Assembly (NCBI GenBank): GCA_044433285.1
Contig: JAWXTU010000001.1
Location: forward strand, 109 to 64,108
DNA length: 64,000 nt
Direction of reading: 5' to 3'
DNA from: a bacterium
GTDB taxonomy: Bacteria; Bacteroidota; Bacteroidia; Bacteroidales; Paludibacteraceae
Shown here: positions 46,356-56,537 of the stretch, one piece after another
Layout: the number at the start of each line of letters is the position of its first letter
Numbering within the stretch: position 1 is the first letter of the stretch
Notes under the pieces: generated by a model
Told to the model about the DNA's origin: nothing
Database searches by the model: none
What the model saw: only the letters and a program-made list of their open reading frames with translations
Position numbers and translations under genes: made by a program

Positions 46356-47927
46356 ATGAAATTAATGAGTAAATTTTTAGCTTTAAGTTGTCTAGTTATG
46401 CTGTTATTGTTGCCTAGTTGTAGGCAAAAAGATAATATGGCAACAACATCAGAGAAGACTGGTTGGAATTACAACGATTCACGTCAAGGTTTCTTCGATG
46501 TAACTACTGAGTACTATGGTAAGTGCCCAATGGGTATGATTTATGTGCCGGTTGCATCTACTGTTAGAGGTCAAAATAGTGATATGATTTCGGCAAAAGA
46601 AAATAATGCTAAAAAACGTGTAGCTGCGTCTGGTTTTTATATGGATGAGTATGAAGTTACAAATCTTAACTGGCGTGAATATGTAAAATGGTTAGATATC
46701 GTGTATCAACATGACCCTCGTCAAATTGTTCTTGCTCTTCCAGACGAAACTGTTTGGCGTAAGGAGTTGGCTTATAACGAACCTTATGTAGAGGACTACT
46801 ACGGTCACGTGGCATATGGATACTATCCAGTTGTAGGTGTCTCTTGGGTGCAAGCATCAAAATATTGCGAATGGCGTACAGACCGTATCAACGAAATAGA
46901 ACTTATAAGGAATAAAATCATCCCTTATAAACCACTATCTGTTATCAATGAACAAATTATAAATGATGAAAATCCTGATTCTGTAATGAAATATGCGTTT
47001 ACAACTAAGTATGCGCGTGATTATGTTACATTTAATAATAACTATGATAATCTAGACGAATTATATAGTGTTTATGAGTATCTAGATTTTGATCCTAATA
47101 TAAGACGTTATGATATAAATCAAGATGATGAAATATCTGCAGAAGAGTGGGTTGTGGCTCTTAATGGAGTTTTGTATGATGCTCAAGTGCGTCTACCTAC
47201 AGAAGTAGAGTGGGAGTATGCGGCTTACGGTTTACAAGTTTATGATAATATGTATTCTCAAACTAATACATATCCTTGGCAAGGTGATCAGCTTCGAGCT
47301 ATTAATGACGAAAAAATACGTGGTGATTTTTATGCTAACTTTATGCGTGGTCGTGGTGACCCTATCGGGGTGCAAATTAATGGTACTCTTACTGTGCCAG
47401 TTAATTTCTTTATGCCTAATGGATATGGTTTGTATAATATGGCAGGTAATGTAAATGAGTGGGTGAAAGATGTTTACCGTGCTAATGTGGCATCTGTTGA
47501 TGAGGTTAACTCTTATCGTGGTAATGAGTTTGAGTCAGATTCAGTGTACGCTGAGAATATTCTTACAAAACATTTTGCATATCTTACTCCTGAAAATCGC
47601 GATTCTATGCGTAATGTATTGATAAACGAACGCCAAATTACTAACACTGGTGGTGATTATCGCGACTTCAAAGATGGTGATAAACAATCTTCAATTCAAG
47701 ATTCTATTCTTGTTTATAAAGATGTTACTCCAATCGAACAAGCTAATATGATTACAAATACATCTCGTGTTTATAAAGGTGGTTCTTGGAATGACCGTTC
47801 AATCTGGTTGAATCCTTCAAATCGTCGTTCACTTGAAGAGAGACGTTGTAAAAATGATATTGGATTCCGTTGTGTAATGAGTGCAGTGGGTGGTAATGAG
47901 CAACCTCGTGATTTATCTCGCAGATAA
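46356..47927 (+). CDS. gldJ: GldJ-like lipoprotein (FGE/SUMF1-fold, gliding/T9SS associated)
   Basis: Lipoprotein signal (LLLPSC). FGE-family blocks GLYNMAGNVNEWV and RVYKGGSWND. Size and N-terminal TGWNYND motif are typical of GldJ. Confidence 0.75.
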   Translation: MKLMSKFLALSCLVMLLLLPSCRQKDNMATTSEKTGWNYNDSRQGFFDVTTEYYGKCPMGMIYVPVASTVRGQNSDMISAKENNAKKRVAASGFYMDEYEVTNLNWREYVKWLDIVYQHDPRQIVLALPDETVWRKELAYNEPYVEDYYGHVAYGYYPVVGVSWVQASKYCEWRTDRINEIELIRNKIIPYKPLSVINEQIINDENPDSVMKYAFTTKYARDYVTFNNNYDNLDELYSVYEYLDFDPNIRRYDINQDDEISAEEWVVALNGVLYDAQVRLPTEVEWEYAAYGLQVYDNMYSQTNTYPWQGDQLRAINDEKIRGDFYANFMRGRGDPIGVQINGTLTVPVNFFMPNGYGLYNMAGNVNEWVKDVYRANVASVDEVNSYRGNEFESDSVYAENILTKHFAYLTPENRDSMRNVLINERQITNTGGDYRDFKDGDKQSSIQDSILVYKDVTPIEQANMITNTSRVYKGGSWNDRSIWLNPSNRRSLEERRCKNDIGFRCVMSAVGGNEQPRDLSRR

Positions 47928-47938
47928 GATATTTTATC

Positions 47939-47960
47939 GGGGGAGTTTTTAGAAGTCCCC
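47939..47960 (+). repeat. Solo end module (canonical)
   Basis: TTTTATCGGGGGAGTTTTTAGAAGTCCCC. Begins 11 nt after the gldJ-like stop. Confidence 0.75.
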
Positions 47961-47983
47961 TATAATAAAAATATAGATATAAA

Positions 47984-48016
47984 CAATAAAGTACTTACTA
48001 ATTAAGTGCTTTATTG
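47984..48016 (+). terminator. Hairpin between gldJ-like and asnS
   Basis: CAATAAAGTACTT / AAGTGCTTTATTG arms (one G-U pair), followed by TTGTTT. Confidence 0.45.
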
Positions 48017-48088
48017 TTGTTTAAGTAAGGTAGGAGTTTTAAAACTCTTTGGTAATGATTTTAATAAATTAAAGGAAATAATATAGTT

Positions 48089-49495
48089 ATGGAACAAATA
48101 AAAAGAACAGTTATTGTTGATGCTCTTAAATCTACAGGTTTTGGGTCTGTTGTAAATATTAAAGGGTGGGTGCGCACTCGTAGAGGTAATAAAAATGTAA
48201 GTTTTATTGCGCTTAATGATGGTTCTTCTATTAATAATATACAGGTAGTAGTGGATATCGCTAAATTTGGCGACGAGTGGTTGAAACCAATTACAACTGG
48301 TGCTTGTATTAGTGTCAATGGTACCTTAGTAGAATCTATGGGTCAAGGTCAATCGGTTGAAATTCATGCAGATGAAATTGAGATTTACGGTACAGCTGAC
48401 CCTAACACTTATCCATTACAAAAGAAAGGTCATACCCTCGAGTTTTTGCGTGAAATAGCGCATCTTCGTCCACGTACAAATACTTTTGGTGCAATTTTCC
48501 GTATCCGTCATAATATGGCAATGGCTATCCATACATATTTTCACGAGCATGGTTATTTCTATTTCCATACTCCTCTTATCACATCTTCAGATTGTGAAGG
48601 TGCAGGACAAATGTTTCAGGTTACAACAAAAAATCTTTATGATTTGAAAAAGGGTGAAGATGGAAAAATTGACTTTTCAGATGACTTCTTTGGCAAACAA
48701 ACCTCTCTTACCGTTTCTGGTCAGCTAGAGGGTGAGTTGGCTGCAATGTCGCTTGGCAAAATTTATACTTTTGGACCTACTTTCCGTGCAGAAAATTCTA
48801 ATACTCCTCGTCACTTGGCTGAGTTTTGGATGATTGAGCCAGAAATTGCCTTTTTTGATATTATAGATAATATGGATTTAGCACAAGATTTCATTCAATA
48901 TTGTGTTAGATGGGCATTGGAAAAATGCGAAGATGATATCGCATTCTTATGCAAAATGTACGACAATGAATTAGTTGATCGTTTGAAATTTGTTGTAGAA
49001 AACGATTTCAAACGTCTTACATATACTGAGGGTGTTGAGATACTTAAAGCTGCAATTGCAGGTGGTCGTAAATTCGAGTTCCCTGTGGATTGGGGTACAG
49101 ATTTGCAGTCAGAGCACGAGCGTTATTTGGTAGAGGAACACTTCAAACGCCCTGTAATTCTTATCGACTATCCTAAAGAGATTAAATCGTTCTATATGAA
49201 ACAGAACGAAGATGGCAAAACAGTGCGCGCAATGGACGTACTATTCCCAAAAATTGGCGAAATTATCGGTGGTTCGCAGCGTGAAGAGGATCTTGAAAAA
49301 CTCAAACAACGTGCCGAAGAGGTGGGTATACCCGAACGTGATATCTGGTGGTATATGGATACACGTCGTTTTGGTACAGCTCCTCACTCAGGATTTGGGT
49401 TAGGTTTTGAGCGTCTGATGCTTTTCGTAACTGGAATGCAAAATATTCGCGATGTGATACCTTTCCCTCGCACACCAAATAACTGCGAATTTTAA
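48089..49495 (+). CDS. asnS: Asparagine--tRNA ligase
   Basis: N-terminal OB anticodon-binding domain. Class II motifs [21 protein letters not shown] and GFGLGFERL. Confidence 0.96.
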   Translation: MEQIKRTVIVDALKSTGFGSVVNIKGWVRTRRGNKNVSFIALNDGSSINNIQVVVDIAKFGDEWLKPITTGACISVNGTLVESMGQGQSVEIHADEIEIYGTADPNTYPLQKKGHTLEFLREIAHLRPRTNTFGAIFRIRHNMAMAIHTYFHEHGYFYFHTPLITSSDCEGAGQMFQVTTKNLYDLKKGEDGKIDFSDDFFGKQTSLTVSGQLEGELAAMSLGKIYTFGPTFRAENSNTPRHLAEFWMIEPEIAFFDIIDNMDLAQDFIQYCVRWALEKCEDDIAFLCKMYDNELVDRLKFVVENDFKRLTYTEGVEILKAAIAGGRKFEFPVDWGTDLQSEHERYLVEEHFKRPVILIDYPKEIKSFYMKQNEDGKTVRAMDVLFPKIGEIIGGSQREEDLEKLKQRAEEVGIPERDIWWYMDTRRFGTAPHSGFGLGFERLMLFVTGMQNIRDVIPFPRTPNNCEF

Positions 49496-49497
49496 AA

Positions 49498-49589
49498 GGG
49501 AGACTTCTAAAAAACAGCTTTACTAGTATTTTCTAAAGAGTTAATATAGCTGTTTTCGTTTCCGTTTTATTCGCTTAATATCATCCCCC
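49498..49589 (+). repeat. Internally deleted, right-end-degenerate copy D of the element
   Basis: GGGAGACTTCTAAAAAACAGCTTTACTAGTATTTTCTAAAGAGTTAAT aligns with the first ~48 nt of copy A. ...AGCTGTTTTCG...TTTTATTCG aligns with the right inner part. Begins 2 nt after the asnS stop. Confidence 0.65.
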
Positions 49590-49628
49590 TCTATTTCGAA
49601 TAATAACATTTGTAATAGAGGGGTTTTT
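49586..49628 (+). terminator. Hairpin plus T-run downstream of asnS
   Basis: CCCCTCTATT-(18-nt loop)-AATAGAGGGG followed by TTTTT. Confidence 0.55.
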
Positions 49629-49675
49629 ATTAAAATCGATTGATAGATTTACGAAAACTAAATAATAGTAGATAG

Positions 49676-52066
49676 ATGCTATACCCACAGAATTTTGAAC
49701 ACAAAATTGCATTCGATCAGGTGCGTGAGTTGATAAAGAAGAACTGTTTGAGCCTTCTTGCAATGGAGATTGTAGATGCAATGAAGTTCTCGAGCGATTT
49801 TGATAAAGTGCTTTTATCGCTCACACGAATTGAGGAGATGATGATGCTTATATCAGAGAGTGAGGAGTCGATGCCCTTGGGTTCTATGTCGGACCTGCGT
49901 TCTGCATTCCAGCGCACTCAAGCAGAGGGTACATTTCTCGATGTAAAAGATGTAGTTAATATTCGTACTAATATAAAAACACTTCGTGAGGTTACTAACT
50001 ATCTAAGACATAGAGATGAAGAGAGATTCCCTTCACTTGTAGAGATGGCGCAACCAGTGATGCTTTTTCCTCAAATAGAGCAACGAGTTGATTCTCTTAT
50101 TGATAAATATGGTGAGGTAAAAGACTCTGCATCTCCAGAATTGGCAACTATACGTCGTTCAATGCAGCAAGCGCAGAGTTCAATTTCTAAAACCCTGCAT
50201 GCTATACTTCGTCAAGCGCAAGAATCGGGTATTGTGGAAAAAGATGCCTCGCCCACTATGCGTGATGGGCGTTTGGTAATACCAATCCTCTCTGCAAATA
50301 AACGAAAAATTTCGGGGGTGGTACACGATGAGTCGGCTACTGGTAAAACCGCTTATGTAGAACCAACTGCGGTGATGGAGGTGAATAATCGCTTGCGCGA
50401 GTTGGAGAACGAGGAGCGTCGTGAAATTGTGCGCCTATTAGTGGAGTTTACAGATTTTATGCGTCCGCTTTATTCTTCAATTTCAGATTCACTTTACTTC
50501 CTTGCAAAGGTTGATGCGTTGCGTGCAAAATCGCAGTTCTCACTATTGATAGGAGCAATTAAACCTCATTTTACATCTGATTGTATTATTGACTGGCACG
50601 AGGCACGCCACCCTCTGCTGGAGTTGTCGCTCAAAAAACAGGGACGTAAGATTGAGCCACTCTCTATTAAACTCAACAATAAGCAGCGATTGTTGCTTAT
50701 TTCTGGTCCAAATGCAGGTGGTAAGTCAGTCTGCCTTAAAACCGTTGGACTGTTGCAATATATGTTTCAGTGCGGACTCCCTATTCCGCTCCACGAGCGC
50801 AGTAGTGCAGGCTTTTTCCAATCTATATTTATTGATATTGGTGACGAACAGAGTATCGAGAATGATTTGTCTACATATAGCTCTCACCTCTTGAATATGA
50901 AACAGTGTGTGCGCCATAGCAATAAAAAATCACTGTTGTTAATAGATGAATTTGGTACAGGCACAGAACCTCAAATAGGTGGTGCAATTGCCGAGGCTCT
51001 ACTAGATAGGTTTAATACGAATGGAGCATATGGTGTGATTACTACTCACTATACAAACCTTAAACACTATGCAGCTAATACTGAGGGTGTTGTTAATGGT
51101 GCAATGCTTTATGACCGCAATCAGATGCAGCCACTCTTTATGCTCTCGATTGGTACGGCTGGTTCATCGTTTGCTATAGAGATCGCTCGCAAAATTGGTC
51201 TCCCAGAAGATGTAATTGCAGCAGCATCTGTAATGGTTGGTGCCGATCAGGTTGACTTTGATAAACATCTTCAAGATGTGGCGCGTGATAAACGCTACTG
51301 GGAGAATAAACGCCAGCAGGTGCGCAATAGAGAGAAACGACTGCAACAACTCACCGAACAGTACGAAAAGCGTTTGGAGGAGATGCGCATTAAGGAAAAG
51401 GAGACTTTACGCGAGGCAAAACAACAGGCAGCTAATATTCTCTCGGGTGCTAATGCCCAGATAGAGCGCACAATACGTGAGATTAAAGAGAATAAAGCAG
51501 ATAAAGAGGCTACCCTTAAAACTAGAGATGAGCTAAATAAGATGAAGCAAAAGCTCAGTAATGAAGGGCAAGTGCAACAGAAACAGAAGCAAAAAAAACC
51601 ATTAAAAGTGGGTGATAGCGTAATTATTATCGGACAGAAGATTATCGGACAGCTCCTCGAAATTAAAGGTAAAACTGCAATCGTGGCATTTGGTCAGATA
51701 AAATCTACTGTAGCATTAGATAAACTTGACTATGTGAGCGCAACTAAAGCTAAGCAGCTCAACAAACAATACTCTTCAGTAAGCAATCAAACGTCGGATT
51801 CCATACGCCAACGCCAACTTAATTTTAAGCAGGAGTTGGATATACGTGGTATGCGAGTTGATGAAGGATTGCAGGCTGTAATATATTTTCTTGATGATGC
51901 CTCAATGCTTAATATATCGCAAGTGCGTATTTTGCATGGTACAGGCACTGGGGTTTTGCGCAAAGCAGTCAGAGATTATCTCAATATCTACTCTTCAGTA
52001 AAATCTTTCAGAGATGAACACGTGCAATTTGGGGGAGCAGGTATAACTATTGTGGAGTTTGAGTGA
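49676..52066 (+). CDS. mutS2: Endonuclease MutS2 (MutS-II with Smr domain)
   Basis: 796 aa. SGPNAGGKSV Walker A, DEFGTGTEP. C-terminal Smr domain (LDIRGMRVDEGL...ILHGTGTGVLRKAV). Confidence 0.93.
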   Translation: MLYPQNFEHKIAFDQVRELIKKNCLSLLAMEIVDAMKFSSDFDKVLLSLTRIEEMMMLISESEESMPLGSMSDLRSAFQRTQAEGTFLDVKDVVNIRTNIKTLREVTNYLRHRDEERFPSLVEMAQPVMLFPQIEQRVDSLIDKYGEVKDSASPELATIRRSMQQAQSSISKTLHAILRQAQESGIVEKDASPTMRDGRLVIPILSANKRKISGVVHDESATGKTAYVEPTAVMEVNNRLRELENEERREIVRLLVEFTDFMRPLYSSISDSLYFLAKVDALRAKSQFSLLIGAIKPHFTSDCIIDWHEARHPLLELSLKKQGRKIEPLSIKLNNKQRLLLISGPNAGGKSVCLKTVGLLQYMFQCGLPIPLHERSSAGFFQSIFIDIGDEQSIENDLSTYSSHLLNMKQCVRHSNKKSLLLIDEFGTGTEPQIGGAIAEALLDRFNTNGAYGVITTHYTNLKHYAANTEGVVNGAMLYDRNQMQPLFMLSIGTAGSSFAIEIARKIGLPEDVIAAASVMVGADQVDFDKHLQDVARDKRYWENKRQQVRNREKRLQQLTEQYEKRLEEMRIKEKETLREAKQQAANILSGANAQIERTIREIKENKADKEATLKTRDELNKMKQKLSNEGQVQQKQKQKKPLKVGDSVIIIGQKIIGQLLEIKGKTAIVAFGQIKSTVALDKLDYVSATKAKQLNKQYSSVSNQTSDSIRQRQLNFKQELDIRGMRVDEGLQAVIYFLDDASMLNISQVRILHGTGTGVLRKAVRDYLNIYSSVKSFRDEHVQFGGAGITIVEFE

Positions 52067-52175
52067 TCATGGTTTTCTGTAATATGATATCAATAATATT
52101 TTATATAAAAAACAATTAATTTTTGTATTTTTAGAATAAATCTGCTCAATTCTGTTGCTCAATTTGATTTTATCT

Positions 52176-52197
52176 ACAGGCTTTTGCCTGTTTTTTT
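52176..52197 (+). terminator. Hairpin plus T7 run downstream of mutS2
   Basis: ACAGGC-TTTT-GCCTGT followed by TTTTTTT. Confidence 0.6.
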
Positions 52198-52491
52198 GCG
52201 TGTAATTATTTATTGTATTTGTAATGCTTTGATATTTAGAGTATTGTTTTGTCTTGTAAAATATTTTATTTTTTTTCAATATTTCTTTTTTATTCCGATG
52301 TTAATGTATATATTTGCGGTGTAATATTGAGATATTACGGTATAGTATTCTTGTCATATATTTATAGTTGCTAATTTTTAATAGAAATCATAGTATTATA
52401 TTTTAAATGCAATAATAAATTTGATTAGCCCATTTTAATTGATCTGTGTTTGCAAACGCATTATATTTATTCTTAACCTTTAAAATTTTTA

Positions 52492-53514
52492 ATGATGAAA
52501 AGAAATTTTATTTTATGGCTACTTGTTGCTAGCTGTAGTTTTGTTATCAGCTGTTCTGGTAATGATGTTGTTAATGGAGATGATGCTTCTTCGAAAGCAA
52601 TAGTGTTTAATGAGATTAATTCTCAAATAGATATTTTAAATGATAAATATTTATCTGTAGATTTATTGACACGCACTGATGGTGATACAAAAATTAAGTG
52701 GTGGCAAATTGCTAAAGCAGATTTAGCAGGAGCTGCTGTTGGAGCAGGAGCTGGGAGTGTTTTTGGTGGGGTAGTAGGAGCATCAGTTGGATCTGTTGTC
52801 TTTGGAACAGTATATTCATTTGAAGAATATTGGACACAAGCAAAAAAACCTAATGGGGATACTGGTGGAGAAGGAGATTCAGGTGGAGGTAATGAAGGTA
52901 ATGGTGAAATGGGAGACGGTGGAGAAGTCGCTGAAGTATCTATTTTTGATGTAAACAAATATTATCCTATTAGGGATACCCCTAAATTAGATGAGTTAGA
53001 AGATTTTGAATTTACAGACGCAGGCTATTTTCATAATGAAATTATTAAGATTCTAGTTACTAATAAAATTTTTGATTCATCTGAAATATCTTATGATGCA
53101 TTATTTTATGAAGTTATTGATGCTGCGAGCTATGGATTTTTTGAAGTAGATAATTATATCCATCCTTCTTTATTTGATAGTTTTATAGGGTCATTGGATG
53201 CGAATATTTTATATTCAGATGAATGCGCATTATTATATGATATGCTTGAAGAAATTATAATTATCCGTAAGTATTTTGATACAGTTGTTCAGTTAAGTGA
53301 TTTCAATGAGGCATATGAGTATACAATTTATTTTCTGTATGAAGTTAATAATTTATTATTAGGGGAGTCTGAATATGAAAGTAGTTTAGAAATAATCAAC
53401 TCATCAATCTCTGTAGCTATTTATAGTAGAATGTTGTGGAATTTATATGAATACGATCCAGTGCTATCAGATAATTATAGTGTATTTAACGTCGAAACTG
53501 GTGAGTGGGAGTAG
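52492..53514 (+). CDS. Hypothetical lipoprotein with glycine-zipper segment, Gly/Glu/Asp linker and acidic Tyr/Phe-rich C-terminal domain
   Basis: Lipobox-like signal (FVISCSG), DLAGAAVGAGAGSVFGGVVGASVGSVVFG segment, GDTGGEGDSGGGNEGNGEMGDGGE linker. No family recognised. Confidence 0.6.
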   Translation: MMKRNFILWLLVASCSFVISCSGNDVVNGDDASSKAIVFNEINSQIDILNDKYLSVDLLTRTDGDTKIKWWQIAKADLAGAAVGAGAGSVFGGVVGASVGSVVFGTVYSFEEYWTQAKKPNGDTGGEGDSGGGNEGNGEMGDGGEVAEVSIFDVNKYYPIRDTPKLDELEDFEFTDAGYFHNEIIKILVTNKIFDSSEISYDALFYEVIDAASYGFFEVDNYIHPSLFDSFIGSLDANILYSDECALLYDMLEEIIIIRKYFDTVVQLSDFNEAYEYTIYFLYEVNNLLLGESEYESSLEIINSSISVAIYSRMLWNLYEYDPVLSDNYSVFNVETGEWE

Positions 53515-53543
53515 GATGTTATTTATACATTACTTAAATCAAT

Positions 53544-53575
53544 TATAGTTTACGGTTGAAAAACCGTAAACTATA
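53544..53575 (+). terminator. Perfect 14-bp hairpin between the two hypothetical genes of the AT-rich islet
   Basis: TATAGTTTACGGTT-GAAA-AACCGTAAACTATA. There is no clear T-run, so it could instead be a processing or stability element. Confidence 0.4.
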
Positions 53576-53596
53576 TAATGACTAAAAAATTATATT

Positions 53597-54313
53597 ATGA
53601 AAACAAAACAACTTATTTTAATTATTGCACTCTGTGCAGTATCAATTGTCTCTCTTCAAGCGGAGAATTATCGGTTTAAGACTGATGTTAATGTCGGGTA
53701 TGAATTTTTGCAGTCAAAGGGTTCTTCTTTGAATACTGAAATTTTACTTAAAAACAAATTTGATAATTGGTCATTAGATGTAGGCACAAAAATCACTTAT
53801 GATAATCTGTATGTAGCTCTATTATTAGAGAATAAATTATATTCTGATGATAAAAGATATACTGCTATACAGACTAAGTTTTTAGGAGGAAATTCTTATA
53901 ACAATCTTGATAATTATACTCAAACTATTGCTATTTCTGCACTATACGATCAAGAATATTTTTCTATAGCACTTGGGCTGCTAAGTACTTATAATTTTAC
54001 TGATTTACAAGTTTCAAACTCAAAGCTTTATACTAGGTATAATGACTTTATTTATGATATAAATGCAAGAATTTTTAAGAAAGATCATATATGGAATTTA
54101 GGTGGACAGATAACTAATAGTCGGATTTTTGAAGTAGATAAGTATTATAATCCATTTTTTATTTTAAATGGTGAGTATAAAATTAAGCTGAATAGTGAAG
54201 GGGAGCGATTAAGAGTTTATTCGCGTTTAGGTTTTCAGTTGCAGCCTGTTTATATAATGAATGCACCGCTTGACGATGTATCAGTTTTCTTTAATATTGG
54301 TGTGGAACTTTAG
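53597..54313 (+). CDS. Hypothetical secreted protein, small outer-membrane beta-barrel-like
   Basis: Signal peptide (SIVSLQA). Alternating hydrophobic, Tyr/Asn/Gly-rich strands across 238 aa. No family recognised. Confidence 0.55.
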   Translation: MKTKQLILIIALCAVSIVSLQAENYRFKTDVNVGYEFLQSKGSSLNTEILLKNKFDNWSLDVGTKITYDNLYVALLLENKLYSDDKRYTAIQTKFLGGNSYNNLDNYTQTIAISALYDQEYFSIALGLLSTYNFTDLQVSNSKLYTRYNDFIYDINARIFKKDHIWNLGGQITNSRIFEVDKYYNPFFILNGEYKIKLNSEGERLRVYSRLGFQLQPVYIMNAPLDDVSVFFNIGVEL

Positions 54314-54321
54314 ATAACCTA

Positions 54322-56208
54322 TTAGAAGTCGTCCTCTTCTACAACCAAATTATCTACAATAAATACTTGGCGTTCGGGGGTGTTGTCGCCCATGTAGAAT
54401 GATAATAGATCAGATACTGCATCCTCTTTGCGAAGAGTTACAGGGTCGAGACGCATATCTGGACCAATAAAATGTTTAAACTCATCTGGTGAGATCTCTC
54501 CAAGACCTTTAAATCGAGTGATTTCTGGGTTTGCGCCCAGTTTTCCAATAGCTTCAAGTCGCTCCTCTTCTGAGTAGCAATATCTAGTCTCCTTTTTATT
54601 GCGCACACGGAAGAGTGGCGTTTGTAGGATATAAACGTGCCCTTTCTTCACTAGGTCAGGGAAGAATTGCAAGAAGAATGTCATCAGTAGCAAGCGGATA
54701 TGCATACCATCTACATCGGCATCGGTAGCAATTATTATCTTTTTATAGCGCAAGCCTTCCAGGTCATCTTCTATGTTTAGAGCCGCTTGTAGGTAGTTAA
54801 ACTCCTCATTTTCATACACTACCTTTTTAGTCTGTCCGTAGCTATTATATGGTTTACCACGTAGTGAAAATACAGCTTGAGTCTCTACATCACGTGTCTT
54901 AGTGATAGAACCAGATGCAGAATCACCCTCAGTAATGAAGATACAACTCTCACCTTTTCTCTCACCCTTAGCATCATTGTAGTGTATTCTACAATCTCTA
55001 AGTTTTTTGTTGTGAAGGTTTGCTTTTTTAGCGCGCTCACGCGCTATTTTTGTAACACCAGCAATAGCCTTACGCTCTTTTTCAGACTCTTGAATCTTTT
55101 TGAGCATAATTTCTGCATACTCCAAATTTTTATGCAGATAGTCGTCAACCTCTTTTTTAATGAAGTCGCCAACATATTTTGCTACAGAAGGTCCTTCTGG
55201 TCCCATCTCTTTCGAGCCCAGTTTGATTTTTGTTTGAGATTCAAACACAGGGTCTTGCACCGATACAGAAATTGCGCCAACAAATCCAGAGCGTATATCG
55301 CTCAATTCCATACCATTTTTATTGTAATACTCTTTGATTGTTCGACCAAATGCCTCACGAAAAGCCGATTGGTGCGTACCACCTTGTATGGTGTGTTGTC
55401 CGTTTACAAACGAATAGTACTCCTCGCCATATTGATTTGTATGAGTAAATGCTATTTCTATATCTTCCCCTTTTAGGTGCACGATAGGGTAGAGTGGGTC
55501 AGATGTGTTATTCTCATTAAGCAGGTCGAGCAATCCATTTTTTGAGATAAATTTTTTACCGTTGTACATTATAATTAATCCCGGGTTGAGATAACTATAA
55601 TTACGCAACATAGTCTCTATAAACTCATCTCTAAATTTAAAGTTTGCATCGAAGAGTTTCTCTTGAATATGTTGAGGATCGCAGTCTGGAGTAAAAATAA
55701 TTTTTGTACCATCTTTTTCGCTTGTAGGCTCTAGATCGTACTCTTTTATTAATTTACCATGTTTAAAATCAGCCTGTTTAGCCATACCATCACGGTATGA
55801 GATTGCCGTAAAATCTGATGATAGAGCATTAACCGCTTTAGTACCTACACCATTCAGACCAACAGATTTTTTAAATGCCTTGTCGTCGTATTTCCCACCA
55901 GTATTGAGTTTTGATACGGCATCAATCATTTTACCTTGCGGAATACCACGACCGAAGTCGCGCACGGTTACAGTGCGGTCGCTACGTGTAATCTCAATAA
56001 GAGAGCCAAATTTCATTCTAAATTCGTCGATTGAATTATCGATAACCTCTTTAATGAGCACATAGATACCATCATCGGCATATGAGCCATCGCCCAATTT
56101 ACCAATGTACATACCTGCTCTGCGTCTTACGTGTGTAAGTCCCTCTAAGGTAACAATATTATCGTCGGTATATTCTACCGACGTATTAATCAACTTTTCT
56201 TCAGCCAT
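54322..56208 (-). CDS. parE: DNA topoisomerase IV subunit B (type IIA topoisomerase ATPase subunit)
   Basis: 628 aa. GHKL ATPase ([20 protein letters not shown]), Toprim ([22 protein letters not shown]). The short length favours ParE over GyrB. Confidence 0.8.
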   Translation of the reverse strand: MAEEKLINTSVEYTDDNIVTLEGLTHVRRRAGMYIGKLGDGSYADDGIYVLIKEVIDNSIDEFRMKFGSLIEITRSDRTVTVRDFGRGIPQGKMIDAVSKLNTGGKYDDKAFKKSVGLNGVGTKAVNALSSDFTAISYRDGMAKQADFKHGKLIKEYDLEPTSEKDGTKIIFTPDCDPQHIQEKLFDANFKFRDEFIETMLRNYSYLNPGLIIMYNGKKFISKNGLLDLLNENNTSDPLYPIVHLKGEDIEIAFTHTNQYGEEYYSFVNGQHTIQGGTHQSAFREAFGRTIKEYYNKNGMELSDIRSGFVGAISVSVQDPVFESQTKIKLGSKEMGPEGPSVAKYVGDFIKKEVDDYLHKNLEYAEIMLKKIQESEKERKAIAGVTKIARERAKKANLHNKKLRDCRIHYNDAKGERKGESCIFITEGDSASGSITKTRDVETQAVFSLRGKPYNSYGQTKKVVYENEEFNYLQAALNIEDDLEGLRYKKIIIATDADVDGMHIRLLLMTFFLQFFPDLVKKGHVYILQTPLFRVRNKKETRYCYSEEERLEAIGKLGANPEITRFKGLGEISPDEFKHFIGPDMRLDPVTLRKEDAVSDLLSFYMGDNTPERQVFIVDNLVVEEDDF

Positions 56209-56240
56209 ATTTAGCTCTAATACTAGTCAGAAGTGTCGGC

Positions 56241-56411
56241 TTAGCGTAGATATTTGTTTAATAGGATGTGCACAATTAGTCCACCTACAACACAAGAGAT
56301 ACCTCCATATAATAGACCATTGTGTGCTCCAACTAAAGTGCTGTAATAAAAGAAGATACCAACTCCGATAAGGATTAGAATAACACCTAAATACTTTACA
56401 ATTTCTTTCAT
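56241..56411 (-). CDS. Small two-TM membrane protein (56 aa); below the ORF-track cutoff
   Basis: Hand translation gives MKEIVKYLGVILILIGVGIFFYYSTLVGAHNGLLYGGISCVVGGLIVHILLNKYLR. Stops 32 nt upstream of the parE start, same strand. Confidence 0.4.
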   Translation of the reverse strand: MKEIVKYLGVILILIGVGIFFYYSTLVGAHNGLLYGGISCVVGGLIVHILLNKYLR

Positions 56412-56537
56412 AAAATTATGTTGTTTAATGTTTGTTTTTTCAGCTTACAAAGTAAATAAAAAAAATATAAATATCAAAATTTTTCACCCTAAATATTTAA
56501 AGAGATTTCATATCACCCTAAAATAACTTTTTTAAGA

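Noticed and set aside
52067-52279. 70-aa minus-strand ORF (Lys/Asn/Tyr-rich) right after mutS2
   Set aside because: Its composition simply mirrors the very AT-rich spacer. It spans the predicted mutS2 terminator hairpin and has no start context. It is kept only as part of the AT-rich islet observation.
54877-56371. Plus-strand ORFs 54877..55476 (199 aa), 55880..56065 and 56105..56371
   Set aside because: They are antisense to parE and to the small membrane ORF. Leu/Phe/Ser-rich antisense composition, no domains.
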